DNA from: a virus
Lineage: Duplodnaviria > Caudoviricetes
Length of the DNA: 64,000 nucleotides
IMG/VR virus record: IMGVR_UViG_3300036770_005357
Strand: one strand, 5' to 3'
Shown: in pieces, positions 19,370 through 29,726 of the stretch
How positions within the stretch are numbered: the first letter of the stretch is position 1
How the letters are laid out: every line of letters begins with the position of its first letter
Made by a program: the position numbers and the translations under genes
The notes under the pieces: generated by a model
What the model was told of the DNA's origin: nothing
Seen by the model: only the letters and a program-made list of their open reading frames with translations
The model's database searches: none

Positions 19370-21976
19370 TTAAGTGTCCCATTTAACTATAATATTTATA
19401 GGAATTTCACCTGTATTTTTAATAGGTTGAGCTAATTTAGCAACTGCTACCAAATCTGCATTTGCATATAAACCCACTTGGGTTATATAAGGCGCTAAAT
19501 ATGATCCCGTTGGATCGATAGAGGAACTATATTGATAATTGAAAAAATCTTTTTTAATTATACTTTCATTAAATTTACCGGTTTTTTTATTTAAAAAATT
19601 AATTATATCATCATAATTATTTCTGGTTGAATTTAAGCTTAGGTAATTTTTGTAATTTTTATATGTTAATTCTTCTATAAAATATTTCCATATTGCAGTT
19701 GCGTCTTGAATGGTAACAATACCATCTCGATTTACATCAAAATCTTTAGTCATACATAAACATTTTATATCATTATTCAATTTGTTTTCAGTATAATTTT
19801 TTATTTGAGATGAATAAAAATCAAAAATACTTTGTTCCACATCTCCTTGTACAATTGAATTCCACCATTCTTCGGATTGTGTTGTTGTTAATTTTGAATT
19901 AATAAATCTTAGTATGATATCTAAATTTTCAAAATTGAATACTTGTGAATTAATTATTCCATAATCGATGATATAAGAATTAAGAGCCGTTGGGTTTGTT
20001 GAAATGTTAAATTCACCTGGTTCTACTTTACAAACAAATTGTTTTTCATATAAAGTGATTTGACTTTCATACTCCATATGAACATATGGATAATCCGTAC
20101 GTTCTGGGTCTCTGGTGAAAACACTAAAAATACTGCCTGTGTTGTTTATCACTACTCTATTATTATTGTAGAAAACATTTCCTAAGTTATAATTTGTTTG
20201 TAAATCATTAAAATCGTAGATAAAACATCTACCTTTTAGTTGTTGTATATGATCGTTTTCTTCACAAATTGCAATTAGTGTATCGTTACATCCTGTAGTA
20301 TTGACAGCATCTTCAATTTTAAAATAAACCACATTCGCGACATCCGTACAATTTTCTGGATTATAAGATGAAGTTTTAACATATGACATATCGTTTAAGC
20401 TACCAGTTTCTGTTATAAATGGTGAAAACAAATATAAATCGTCATTTAAAGGTATTGGTGCGCCTATTACTATATTTTTATCCGAAACAGCAACCGAGCT
20501 ACCAAATGCATTATACGAATTTTCATAATCCTTTCTTTTAGAAATTGGATCTGTAGTTAATTGTCGTATTGTAGACCCCGATAATTTGTAAAGTAAAGCT
20601 TGACCACTATAACTGGATTCTCCAAAATCATTTATATCAAAAAACTTATCAAATTTATTTAAAGAAGATGAAAGATAAAGTGAACTAAACGGAAAATAAG
20701 GTTTCGGTGATCCTATCAAAATATAATCGTCAAATGTTGAAACCGAATAACCAAACATATTATCTTTAAATGTTTTTTCATCGCCGTATGTTTTGGTAAC
20801 TAAAGTAAAATTTGATGATCCGGTTAAACACTGATTGTTTGCATAAATATAAGCACTTCCTCTTCTTCTTAAGGTATTTGATCCCGAATATTCGTAATAC
20901 AAAAGTTCTGTTGGAGCTCCAATTACTATTACATTTTTATTTATAGAAACTGAATGGCCAAAATTATTATTTACTTGAGCTTTTTTAAGACTTCCGGATG
21001 GTATCCATTGATAGGTATTTCCAAAAGTCTCGGGTGCATAAAGATAATTTGAACCTGTAATGTTAATAAATTTTTGTGAGACTTCCCATTTATTTGAATA
21101 TCTAAATAAAAATACTTTACTACTACTTATTTGATTAGAACCTACTAATATTTTATTTTCATAGTATTTATCTATACTTAAAGAAAACCCGAATCCTTTT
21201 TGTATCGGATCATCAATAACACTACTGGTTAAAACTGCGTCGAGAGTGTATTTAAAATCAACATCGTCATATCTATAAACATAAACCGCTCCTCTACCAC
21301 TGAAAGCTGTAGGAGCGCCTACCGCTAATAAATTATTTGAAATTGAAACACTTTTACCAAAAGATTCATTTGCTGATCCAGTTACTGTAAAAATGGGATA
21401 TACAGGCAAATCGTAATTATTTAAATTTTCTTCATCACATTCGGAATTCAACGGTGTTATCGCACCACTCAGTGCACCGCTCAGTTCCAAAAAATAATTA
21501 GGATTAATTTCATATACATCAACGGAATTTTTAGTAACAAAATTATCTGGATATGAACTTTGACTGTAAGATAAATCTGAAATTGCTAAGAAAAAATCAC
21601 TTACATCTATTGACTCTCCATACTTACTTTGATATACAAATTCACTTCCCTTTTCTATAACTAAAAAACTACAACTATCATTTACATTACTTAAACTTCC
21701 AGAATTCGCTATAAAGGACGATGTATTAACAGCACTTGAACTTTGTTCAGTATAATATGGATTTATTATATTTCTATTGTATAAATTTTTAAATGTTTTA
21801 ACAACTGAATAATTTTTATTAAACTTATTTTTTTTAACCAAAATTACTTCACCGATTCGTCCGAATCCTTCACACTCATTCCAATTTTTGGATGGAGGAT
21901 TTCCTATTGCTATATAATCACCATTTGTCGCAACGGTTTTGCCATATAGTTCATTATAAATATTTAAAAGACTCAT
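19370..21976 (-). CDS. virion/baseplate protein with FG-GAP-like beta-propeller repeats and a dockerin/EF-hand-like motif
   Basis: Repeats FGKSVSI..LAVGAP, FGHSVSI..IVIGAP, FGYSVST..ILIGSP, FGSSVAV..IVIGAP; DVNRDGIVTIQDA; C-terminal YITQVGLY...AVAKLAQP. Confidence 0.75.
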   Translation of the reverse strand: MSLLNIYNELYGKTVATNGDYIAIGNPPSKNWNECEGFGRIGEVILVKKNKFNKNYSVVKTFKNLYNRNIINPYYTEQSSSAVNTSSFIANSGSLSNVNDSCSFLVIEKGSEFVYQSKYGESIDVSDFFLAISDLSYSQSSYPDNFVTKNSVDVYEINPNYFLELSGALSGAITPLNSECDEENLNNYDLPVYPIFTVTGSANESFGKSVSISNNLLAVGAPTAFSGRGAVYVYRYDDVDFKYTLDAVLTSSVIDDPIQKGFGFSLSIDKYYENKILVGSNQISSSKVFLFRYSNKWEVSQKFINITGSNYLYAPETFGNTYQWIPSGSLKKAQVNNNFGHSVSINKNVIVIGAPTELLYYEYSGSNTLRRRGSAYIYANNQCLTGSSNFTLVTKTYGDEKTFKDNMFGYSVSTFDDYILIGSPKPYFPFSSLYLSSSLNKFDKFFDINDFGESSYSGQALLYKLSGSTIRQLTTDPISKRKDYENSYNAFGSSVAVSDKNIVIGAPIPLNDDLYLFSPFITETGSLNDMSYVKTSSYNPENCTDVANVVYFKIEDAVNTTGCNDTLIAICEENDHIQQLKGRCFIYDFNDLQTNYNLGNVFYNNNRVVINNTGSIFSVFTRDPERTDYPYVHMEYESQITLYEKQFVCKVEPGEFNISTNPTALNSYIIDYGIINSQVFNFENLDIILRFINSKLTTTQSEEWWNSIVQGDVEQSIFDFYSSQIKNYTENKLNNDIKCLCMTKDFDVNRDGIVTIQDATAIWKYFIEELTYKNYKNYLSLNSTRNNYDDIINFLNKKTGKFNESIIKKDFFNYQYSSSIDPTGSYLAPYITQVGLYANADLVAVAKLAQPIKNTGEIPINIIVKWDT

Positions 21977-22671
21977 ATGCTGTTTTTAAGATAATAACTT
22001 AACCCATATTGACCATAACTAGTAACTAAAGATGTTGAATTTGAACTAAATTGGTAATAATCGACAAAATGACTACCTGTCAAAAATAAGTTATTGTTAC
22101 CGTCATCATAAATATCTGACAAAACATCACCCGTTTGATTAGTAATGACTACTGTATTTGGTCTAATAGTATCCCCTGCCTGATTTACAGCTAGTGAATA
22201 AAGAGAAAATTCATTGGCTAAATTTAATTTTTTGTTTTGTAAAACTGTATCGTTTAATCCAAATCTATTGTAGGCATTATTGTAATTATTATAATACATT
22301 TTATCGATGGTATTATATATTTGTCCTTTATATGTACCATTTATGTTTACAGGATTTGTTTCATTTGACCATTCAACACTACTCGAAGGATAAAAAATAG
22401 AACTAGAATTTAAATATTTACCTATATAAAAGTCTGGTATATCGTTTTGTATAAAATTTGTATCTGCCAAATATGCATTCGTAATTTTTATTGGTTCACA
22501 ACTTCCCGAAAAATTATTATTACATTGTAAAAATGGAACCGTTATTGGAAATGTAACATCATCACCGTCATTTCCAAAAATCAAGTCGAGAAAAATATTA
22601 TCAATTACTTGTGGTTTAGCTACCACAAATCTGGTTGTTAATACATCTTGTGTTTTAAAAAATTTAATCAT
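21973..22671 (-). CDS. hypothetical virion structural protein
   Basis: 232-aa ORF within the tail operon. Confidence 0.7.
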   Translation of the reverse strand: MIKFFKTQDVLTTRFVVAKPQVIDNIFLDLIFGNDGDDVTFPITVPFLQCNNNFSGSCEPIKITNAYLADTNFIQNDIPDFYIGKYLNSSSIFYPSSSVEWSNETNPVNINGTYKGQIYNTIDKMYYNNYNNAYNRFGLNDTVLQNKKLNLANEFSLYSLAVNQAGDTIRPNTVVITNQTGDVLSDIYDDGNNNLFLTGSHFVDYYQFSSNSTSLVTSYGQYGLSYYLKNSI

Positions 22672-22701
22672 CCTAATATAAATAGGAAGATTTATTATTA
22701 A

Positions 22702-23838
22702 TTAAAAGTCTATTCTTACTTTAATTAATAATTCGTTATCGAATGATTTTTGTGTAGGTTTACTTAACTTACCAATAGCTAGAAGTTCGTTATTTTCATT
22801 ATATAATCCAACGGAAGTAATATATGTTCGAGGATTATTGATTAAGTCTTGATATATTATAGTTCCTTTTGTTTTACCATCAGTTCCATCCGATACAAAT
22901 GTTGGATTATTACTATAATTAAATTCTTTATTCTTAACACGAACGAAGTAGTTGGTGGACGGTACAAATTCAGATTTACGAATTCCCATCGTACCTTTCG
23001 ATCTTCTCAAAGCATTATAAAAATCTCGTGTCCAAAGACGCCAATAGGTTGACTTAAACGGATTTCCACTTTCATTTGTAAATAAATTACGATTTCGAAT
23101 TTGATAAGTAGAAGTATTGCTTGATGTTGAAGTTATACCAATGAGAGTATCTAATTTTATTGCATTAAATATTACAATACCATTAGAAGGATAAAATAGT
23201 CCAATACCATTATATACAGGCGAACCATTTTTCAAATAAGGCGTTGGTACACCATTTATAATTGATCCTGAAATTAAATTATATACATTTTGTTGTTTAT
23301 TAATAATTTGTGAATCATCAATAAAAGTGAACTTTTTTGGAGCAATAGATCCTGACAAACAAATTTGAATTTGACCCGGATCAATTTGATCCTTAAATTT
23401 ATCCGCTGCAAAATTTAAAACAAAAATTGCTTCACTATCAATCGTAGTATTTATACTTCCCGTTGCAAAACTAAATAAGTCATCACCCGGTTGTAATAAA
23501 ACATTTTTGTATTGTGAATAAATAACTTTAGTCTCATTAGCTAATACCGGCGTTTCAGAATCTACCACATCAAATTTTGAACTACCACTATTTACATAAT
23601 CACCGTATGCTATATCAAAATATAAATCTGCTCCTGAATAAATATCTAAATAATACTGTCCGTTTTTAATATCATAAACACTCGATCCTGTTAATTGTAT
23701 TCCTTGACCAAATTTACCGGATTGAGTTATAAATGTAGATTGACTAACAAATAAACTTCCCGTTCCAAACATACCGGAAGAAACTTGGTTTATTCTCCCA
23801 ATGACGACATCATCTTGATTAAATTGGCTAAATATCAT
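22702..23838 (-). CDS. virion structural protein (tail/baseplate)
   Basis: C-terminal YITSVGLYNENNELLAIGKLSKP is paralogous to the end of 19370..21976. Confidence 0.75.
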   Translation of the reverse strand: MIFSQFNQDDVVIGRINQVSSGMFGTGSLFVSQSTFITQSGKFGQGIQLTGSSVYDIKNGQYYLDIYSGADLYFDIAYGDYVNSGSSKFDVVDSETPVLANETKVIYSQYKNVLLQPGDDLFSFATGSINTTIDSEAIFVLNFAADKFKDQIDPGQIQICLSGSIAPKKFTFIDDSQIINKQQNVYNLISGSIINGVPTPYLKNGSPVYNGIGLFYPSNGIVIFNAIKLDTLIGITSTSSNTSTYQIRNRNLFTNESGNPFKSTYWRLWTRDFYNALRRSKGTMGIRKSEFVPSTNYFVRVKNKEFNYSNNPTFVSDGTDGKTKGTIIYQDLINNPRTYITSVGLYNENNELLAIGKLSKPTQKSFDNELLIKVRIDF

Positions 23839-23847
23839 ATATTAAAA

Positions 23848-24486
23848 TTAGGTTGAAGGTACCGTTACTGTTACTGTTATTGCTGTATTTCCACCACTTT
23901 CATTTCCAATAATTGTAATATTAGTGGTTGTTGTTTTGGATAATCCTGCGTTTGGAATAAATCTAAATTTATTACCAATAACGGACTGTGAAGTTTGAGA
24001 AGCTAAATCTCCAGAAAATGATGGTACGGTCGCTGTACTTGAATTTAGACTATTTGTTTCGGTAACTATCAAAGTTCCAACATCTTTATTGGCCAATATA
24101 GCGGTATACCCCAATGTAACATTGTAAGTTGGATTGGTACTAGGACTTATTAAAATTTCACCTGTATAATCTCTATCTATCGTGATTACAGATTGTGCTA
24201 CACTAATAGTTGGTACAGCTGTAACGCCGTCATTTAGAGTTACCAATTTATACTTCATTAATTGTGATTCGTCGGTAATTGGTTCCAATACGGGAGTATT
24301 ACGAATAGCTATATCATAGTATGCACTTCCAAGCGGATGAGTTGGATTAAATTGAGTATAGTCGATTTCATCGTCAGCTAAAGCAAACGCGGTGATGTTA
24401 AGACCACCGGTTTTAGCTAAAATTTCACGTCCCTTTTTAGTTAATACAGCGTTGACTGTAAGAACATTGTTATCTAAATATGCCAT
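23848..24486 (-). CDS. virion structural protein
   Basis: MAYLDNNVLTVNAVLTKKGREILAK...ITAFALADDE; located in the tail operon. Confidence 0.75.
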   Translation of the reverse strand: MAYLDNNVLTVNAVLTKKGREILAKTGGLNITAFALADDEIDYTQFNPTHPLGSAYYDIAIRNTPVLEPITDESQLMKYKLVTLNDGVTAVPTISVAQSVITIDRDYTGEILISPSTNPTYNVTLGYTAILANKDVGTLIVTETNSLNSSTATVPSFSGDLASQTSQSVIGNKFRFIPNAGLSKTTTTNITIIGNESGGNTAITVTVTVPST

Positions 24487-24531
24487 ATACAATAATTATG
24501 TTGGATTTTAGTTTTTTATCTAAAAAATATA

Positions 24532-27500
24532 TTATAAATTTTTAATATAAGTATTTAAACTTGCACTCGTACACTGTGATGCTGTTAGAGGTAATGATTC
24601 AAATGTACCCGCAGCACTTCCTTCAGGAGTTAATACTTTTCCATATATTGGGAAGTTATTGCTATCAACATCTAAGCTTAAAAATCCGGGTACACTTATT
24701 ATAGGTTCTGACCCATTAGGTATTCCTTGACGATTAACCGTAGTATTACTATCATTTTTACCCTTAATATAATCATAATAAGTGATTTTATAATCGGAAA
24801 CTGGATTTAATATTTTAATTCCGTTTTGTATCGTATATTTCGACCCGGATAACGCTATGAATCTATATCTAGATCCAGCAAGTCTGGTTTTACTAAGATG
24901 TTTTCTTGAATATCCACTATTTCTTACACCATAATAAGGATTTAATAATTCTTTGCTTCCTGTAATTTGTAAATTGTACGCGTATACATTTTTACCGGAA
25001 GTACCACTTGTACCGGATGAATCATACGGATTTATTTTTAGACTATATCCGGATCCCGATCCAATTATTTCAACTCTATCAAATGAAGAAGAAAATGTAC
25101 AAACATAACCATTAGATTTATCTCTGTTTACATTCAATTTACCACTTGTACCACTAGTACCCGAACTTCCTGCGGTACCCGCTGTACCCGTAGTACCATT
25201 TATGTTTTGATTGATTGGAATTCTATTGTTTACAAGTTGGTATGATTCTTTATCATTGACTAAATTAACATCTCGAACTAAAAATCCGTTATCTGACATT
25301 TTAACGAGCTTACCGTATTTACAATAAATAAAATCACGATCATCAACCGTGTCTTTAATCTGAAACTGGTGAAAATTATAAGTGTTGTGATCTGTTTTGT
25401 ACTGATTATCAAGAGTTGAAACTGTTGTATTACTTGATGTAAAATTAGTATTTTTAATTGATAAATCTAAATTGGTTTTATTATCAAAATTTATTGAAAG
25501 TATAGATGTATTTGAAAAATTTACATCTTTATAACCAAATTTTTTTCTTTCTAATAAACTTGGTTGTAAAACCAAACCGGTCAATAAATTTACTCTAGCG
25601 GGTTTTAAATTTTTAACAAATTCAAAGATTGAAAAATCAATATAAAATTTATAAGTTGTAAAAAATTCTTGAGGATAGATATATTTCTGATTGAATTTTT
25701 TAAAATCTTTCTGTAAAAGAACCAATTCAGGATAATTTTGGGAGGTTAAATACTTAGGATCGCCTATAATATTCGTAATACCTTCTTTACCAACGAAATC
25801 TTTTATTTTTTCATTTAAATAGTCATATGGACTGATACTAAATTGTACCAACGATGAATCATCACCTATAATGTCAGTACTAAATGTAGAATAATCGTAA
25901 GGAACTAAATTAGAAGAAACAGTTTCTGATATTTTATTTATTTTATTATTTCCAGCAAAATTTGGTCCGAAATTATTTGTGTTTATAACTTGTTTTATTT
26001 TTAAAACATCAAATTGATATGGAAATTCGTCTACTTTCAAAGTTGCACAAATTGGAGAACTAAAATATTTATCGGTTTGTTTGAAATTAAATGCTTCAAA
26101 TTTATTAAGTTGATATTTTAAATTTTGATTTAAAATTGAAGAACTGATTGAAGATGAATTATATAAATTTATTGGAGTATCGAAACTCCATAGATAAAAT
26201 AAATTACTGTAAAGATCCGACTTATTTTCAATAGATATTGAATTTAAATTATAACTATGTTCATTAAAATCCGCATCGGAAATTGCGTCTTTAAATACCT
26301 TTAGTTTGTCTATATTACCAACAAAATTATTATTTGAAAGAGGGTAGTTTCCAATATAATAACTCCCCGAAGAAAAAAATCGATTAGTTTCGTAAGTAAT
26401 GATTTTTGTACTCTTACTGTTAAAAATTAACTGTTCGCCGTCATATTGATTTATTTCTAAAGTATAAAGATGTGGAACATATTTTCTTGAACTTTCAATG
26501 AAAAATGATTGTGTTAATTTGTTTAAAATTGGAGGTATTGCTACAAAATCACCATCATCTTCAACAACAAAATTATTAAAAGTAGGTTCGTTTTCTAAAA
26601 CGATAGATGGATATTGATTCTTTTGTAAACTAGAACTAAAGCTAACAGCGTCGAAAGTAAATCCTGGTAAAACTTCTCGTTTTAAAAGTAATGTGTAAAA
26701 ATTATTATTAAAAAATGGCAATTCTAAACTTCTGATACTTGAAGTTTTTTCGTTTTCTACCGGATTAATTTCAAAAATAACAGTTCCAGATTCTTTTTGT
26801 TTATCTTTCTTAATATAAATTGACCAATCGTTGAAAATACGATCTTTTTTAATTAAAGGTATTTTTTCGCCATATTCATAATTGATTGAATTTAATCTAA
26901 ATGATAATTCAACCGAAGAAACGCCTTGAAAAACGGATGTATATTCGATACTTTGAGTTAAATTGTTGTTAATCAGATTAACTGACTGGAACTCTGATTT
27001 CACAAAGTAAGAATCACTACCAGTATGATTAAATTTTAAATAATTATCACGGTCAAATTTAGTAAAATATAATAAAGTGTCATATTCATAAAAAGATGTT
27101 TTGTTAGATAATATATCCGGACTTCCATATTCCTTAATCTGAATTAATTCTTTAGGTATACCGAAAATTGTTCTGATTAAATCAAATGATGTACCTGTTC
27201 CTTTTGACTTATATATTGCACTTATATTGTTAGTTAATCTATTCAATATTGATTTTGCATAATCAAAATATGATGACGAAAGAGAACCTGTAGTTTCGGT
27301 ATTAGTAAAATATAATTGATTTAAATCACTTTGTTCAAACTTAGCAATATTTGCATTCCAATTTAATGAATTTAACAATTCTTCAATATAGTTTTTAGGA
27401 TAATTATTTCTATCATCGTTAACGATTGGATAATTTTTAGGAAATTTTTTAATAAAAACAAGTATATTATCAAAAAAATGACCGATCATTGCTGTAAATT

Positions 27501-29250
27501 TTAAATAATCGGCGGATTCTGTATCGGTCCTAATATATTCCGGTAACTGATATGTTAGACTGTTATAATTGTTTTTATCAAAAGAAATGCCATTTTCGAT
27601 TTTTTCATTAATACTCGATGTATTAAAAAACAAATAAGATTCGTAATCGTCAAAGGTATTTAGTAATGAAATTTGTTCTTGTGTCTTTAATTTTACATCT
27701 CTTGAATAAGACGCTGAAATTGAATAAACGGAATTCTTCGCTGTAGTTATCAATAAATTTTTTTCATTTTCTAAATTAGCGTAGTATAAAATTTTATTTT
27801 TAGCTATTTTACTTCTTAACTCGGCTGAAGAATAATTTATAAAATCATTAAAATCATCAAAATTTATAAACAAATCGTTTATTCTTTGTTTTAATTTTAC
27901 TTTAGCATAATCTAATGTATCTATGTTGTTATCTTCAAATTTTTGGTTTGTCGGACTTACAGTAGGAACTTCAACATTAAAGTTAACACCGTTTAAATAT
28001 ACCTTCCTCGACAATTGTTGCGTAAACAAATTAACTTTAAAATAAATTGGAGCAATGCTAATATTTGATATCCAACACAAAGTTTTAACATCGAATTCAG
28101 TTGGTAATGGTTCATCTAGTTTAATTTGTATATTAACTGAATTATCAATTTCGTTAAAATAACTCGTATGATTTAAAATTTTAATTAATCTTCCATTATT
28201 AAAATTTAAAGAATTTTTATAATAATCATAAAAATTGTTATAATAATTATCTAATAATTCTGAAACTTTTGGTAATAACCAATCGTTGTAAATAACTTTT
28301 TGGAAAAAATCTAAAACGATATTTAGCGAAATTGGATTTAAAGATGTTCTTTCTAATATTCGATCTTGACTGACTTTTAAAACAATTATTCTTAATGATT
28401 CTAATATTTCTTCTTTGATGAATTCGACATCATTATAACGATAAGAAAAATTTTTAATTTGTTCAGCAATGCCGACAAAAGTTTTTGTTTCTAATACTTC
28501 AGTTGTTATGTTTGTTTTGATTATTTTATTAAACCCGTAATAAGTAGAAGATATGTACTCTTGTAAATCTGCTTTATTTTTGAAACCTAATAACTGTGAA
28601 ATTTCATATAAATTATATTGATTTTCATTTGCAGCAAAATCTTGTTCAATTGGATTATTATCTACTATTGTAACAAAGTTGTCTTCGATTTGTAAAAAGA
28701 TATATTTTTTATCTGCAAATGCTCTAATTTTTACACTGTCTAATCTAGATTGTTCATTTTTAACAGTATCAAATGCAAATGATAATCGTAATTCGGTTCT
28801 ACTTGGAGAAACTTCTTTAATTACTAAATTATTAGTTTGATTACCAGCAATGTTTCTGATTGGATTATACAATACATAATATAAACCAGGACTGACTTGA
28901 TTGTAATTCAAATCAAACTGTGAGTGCAATAATATTTCATTAGAATATCTTACGATATTAGTACTTGGATTTGCATATGAATACGATTGCAAATTGTTAT
29001 TAATATCTCTAAAACTGCCCTGTACAACTGAATAAGTAACTTTAGGAATAATTCTATTGAAACCTAAAATATTTTGATTAGTATCATATAAACTTAATTC
29101 AACAATATCATCGTCTCCGTCTCCGAAAAACCCCTTTTCAGGTACTAAAGTTTGTTCGTATAATTTCTGCAAATCCGTATCGAAATATGAAGCAGATACT
29201 AAACCGAAGTTAAGTTGTTCTGGATTTATTGTTAAATAATCGTACGGCAT
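24532..29250 (-). CDS. large virion/baseplate-associated protein with SGT low-complexity tracts
   Basis: 1572 aa; GTTGTAGTAGSSGTSGTSG; position between baseplate genes. Confidence 0.7.
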   Translation of the reverse strand: MPYDYLTINPEQLNFGLVSASYFDTDLQKLYEQTLVPEKGFFGDGDDDIVELSLYDTNQNILGFNRIIPKVTYSVVQGSFRDINNNLQSYSYANPSTNIVRYSNEILLHSQFDLNYNQVSPGLYYVLYNPIRNIAGNQTNNLVIKEVSPSRTELRLSFAFDTVKNEQSRLDSVKIRAFADKKYIFLQIEDNFVTIVDNNPIEQDFAANENQYNLYEISQLLGFKNKADLQEYISSTYYGFNKIIKTNITTEVLETKTFVGIAEQIKNFSYRYNDVEFIKEEILESLRIIVLKVSQDRILERTSLNPISLNIVLDFFQKVIYNDWLLPKVSELLDNYYNNFYDYYKNSLNFNNGRLIKILNHTSYFNEIDNSVNIQIKLDEPLPTEFDVKTLCWISNISIAPIYFKVNLFTQQLSRKVYLNGVNFNVEVPTVSPTNQKFEDNNIDTLDYAKVKLKQRINDLFINFDDFNDFINYSSAELRSKIAKNKILYYANLENEKNLLITTAKNSVYSISASYSRDVKLKTQEQISLLNTFDDYESYLFFNTSSINEKIENGISFDKNNYNSLTYQLPEYIRTDTESADYLKFTAMIGHFFDNILVFIKKFPKNYPIVNDDRNNYPKNYIEELLNSLNWNANIAKFEQSDLNQLYFTNTETTGSLSSSYFDYAKSILNRLTNNISAIYKSKGTGTSFDLIRTIFGIPKELIQIKEYGSPDILSNKTSFYEYDTLLYFTKFDRDNYLKFNHTGSDSYFVKSEFQSVNLINNNLTQSIEYTSVFQGVSSVELSFRLNSINYEYGEKIPLIKKDRIFNDWSIYIKKDKQKESGTVIFEINPVENEKTSSIRSLELPFFNNNFYTLLLKREVLPGFTFDAVSFSSSLQKNQYPSIVLENEPTFNNFVVEDDGDFVAIPPILNKLTQSFFIESSRKYVPHLYTLEINQYDGEQLIFNSKSTKIITYETNRFFSSGSYYIGNYPLSNNNFVGNIDKLKVFKDAISDADFNEHSYNLNSISIENKSDLYSNLFYLWSFDTPINLYNSSSISSSILNQNLKYQLNKFEAFNFKQTDKYFSSPICATLKVDEFPYQFDVLKIKQVINTNNFGPNFAGNNKINKISETVSSNLVPYDYSTFSTDIIGDDSSLVQFSISPYDYLNEKIKDFVGKEGITNIIGDPKYLTSQNYPELVLLQKDFKKFNQKYIYPQEFFTTYKFYIDFSIFEFVKNLKPARVNLLTGLVLQPSLLERKKFGYKDVNFSNTSILSINFDNKTNLDLSIKNTNFTSSNTTVSTLDNQYKTDHNTYNFHQFQIKDTVDDRDFIYCKYGKLVKMSDNGFLVRDVNLVNDKESYQLVNNRIPINQNINGTTGTAGTAGSSGTSGTSGKLNVNRDKSNGYVCTFSSSFDRVEIIGSGSGYSLKINPYDSSGTSGTSGKNVYAYNLQITGSKELLNPYYGVRNSGYSRKHLSKTRLAGSRYRFIALSGSKYTIQNGIKILNPVSDYKITYYDYIKGKNDSNTTVNRQGIPNGSEPIISVPGFLSLDVDSNNFPIYGKVLTPEGSAAGTFESLPLTASQCTSASLNTYIKNL

Positions 29251-29251
29251 A

Positions 29252-29725
29252 TTATGCTAATGGTAAAAATGGAAAATCGTCTGAAAAATCCGAAGGAACA
29301 TTTCCTTGTCCCAATTTAATTCTTAAATTAATAAGTTCATTCTTCATCGCAGCAATTACTTGTTTATCATCATTTTGTTCGTATTTTTCTACTAAAGAAT
29401 TGACAGTTTCATTTAATATTCGATTTTCAACTAACAATGTGTTATATTGAGTTAATACTTCGTTTAAATTTCTTTTTTCTTCACGAACAGGTGAATTTAA
29501 TTCGGTAAATTCTACGGCGTTTACATCGATTATTTTATCGATGTTATATTCAAAATTTTTAAGTGGAATTTTAACATAATTAAATTTACCTTCATAAGAC
29601 TGTGATACATTATAAACTAATTGTGCATTCCCAAAATTATCAAAGTTGTTTGTAAATGTACCTAAATCTTTAAACCTCTGTACATCGGATAAAGAAACAT
29701 TATATATTAATGGTATATTTGCCAT
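29252..29725 (-). CDS. hypothetical protein (coiled coil)
   Basis: 157-aa ORF, coupled to neighbours. Confidence 0.75.
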   Translation of the reverse strand: MANIPLIYNVSLSDVQRFKDLGTFTNNFDNFGNAQLVYNVSQSYEGKFNYVKIPLKNFEYNIDKIIDVNAVEFTELNSPVREEKRNLNEVLTQYNTLLVENRILNETVNSLVEKYEQNDDKQVIAAMKNELINLRIKLGQGNVPSDFSDDFPFLPLA

Positions 29726-29726
29726 G

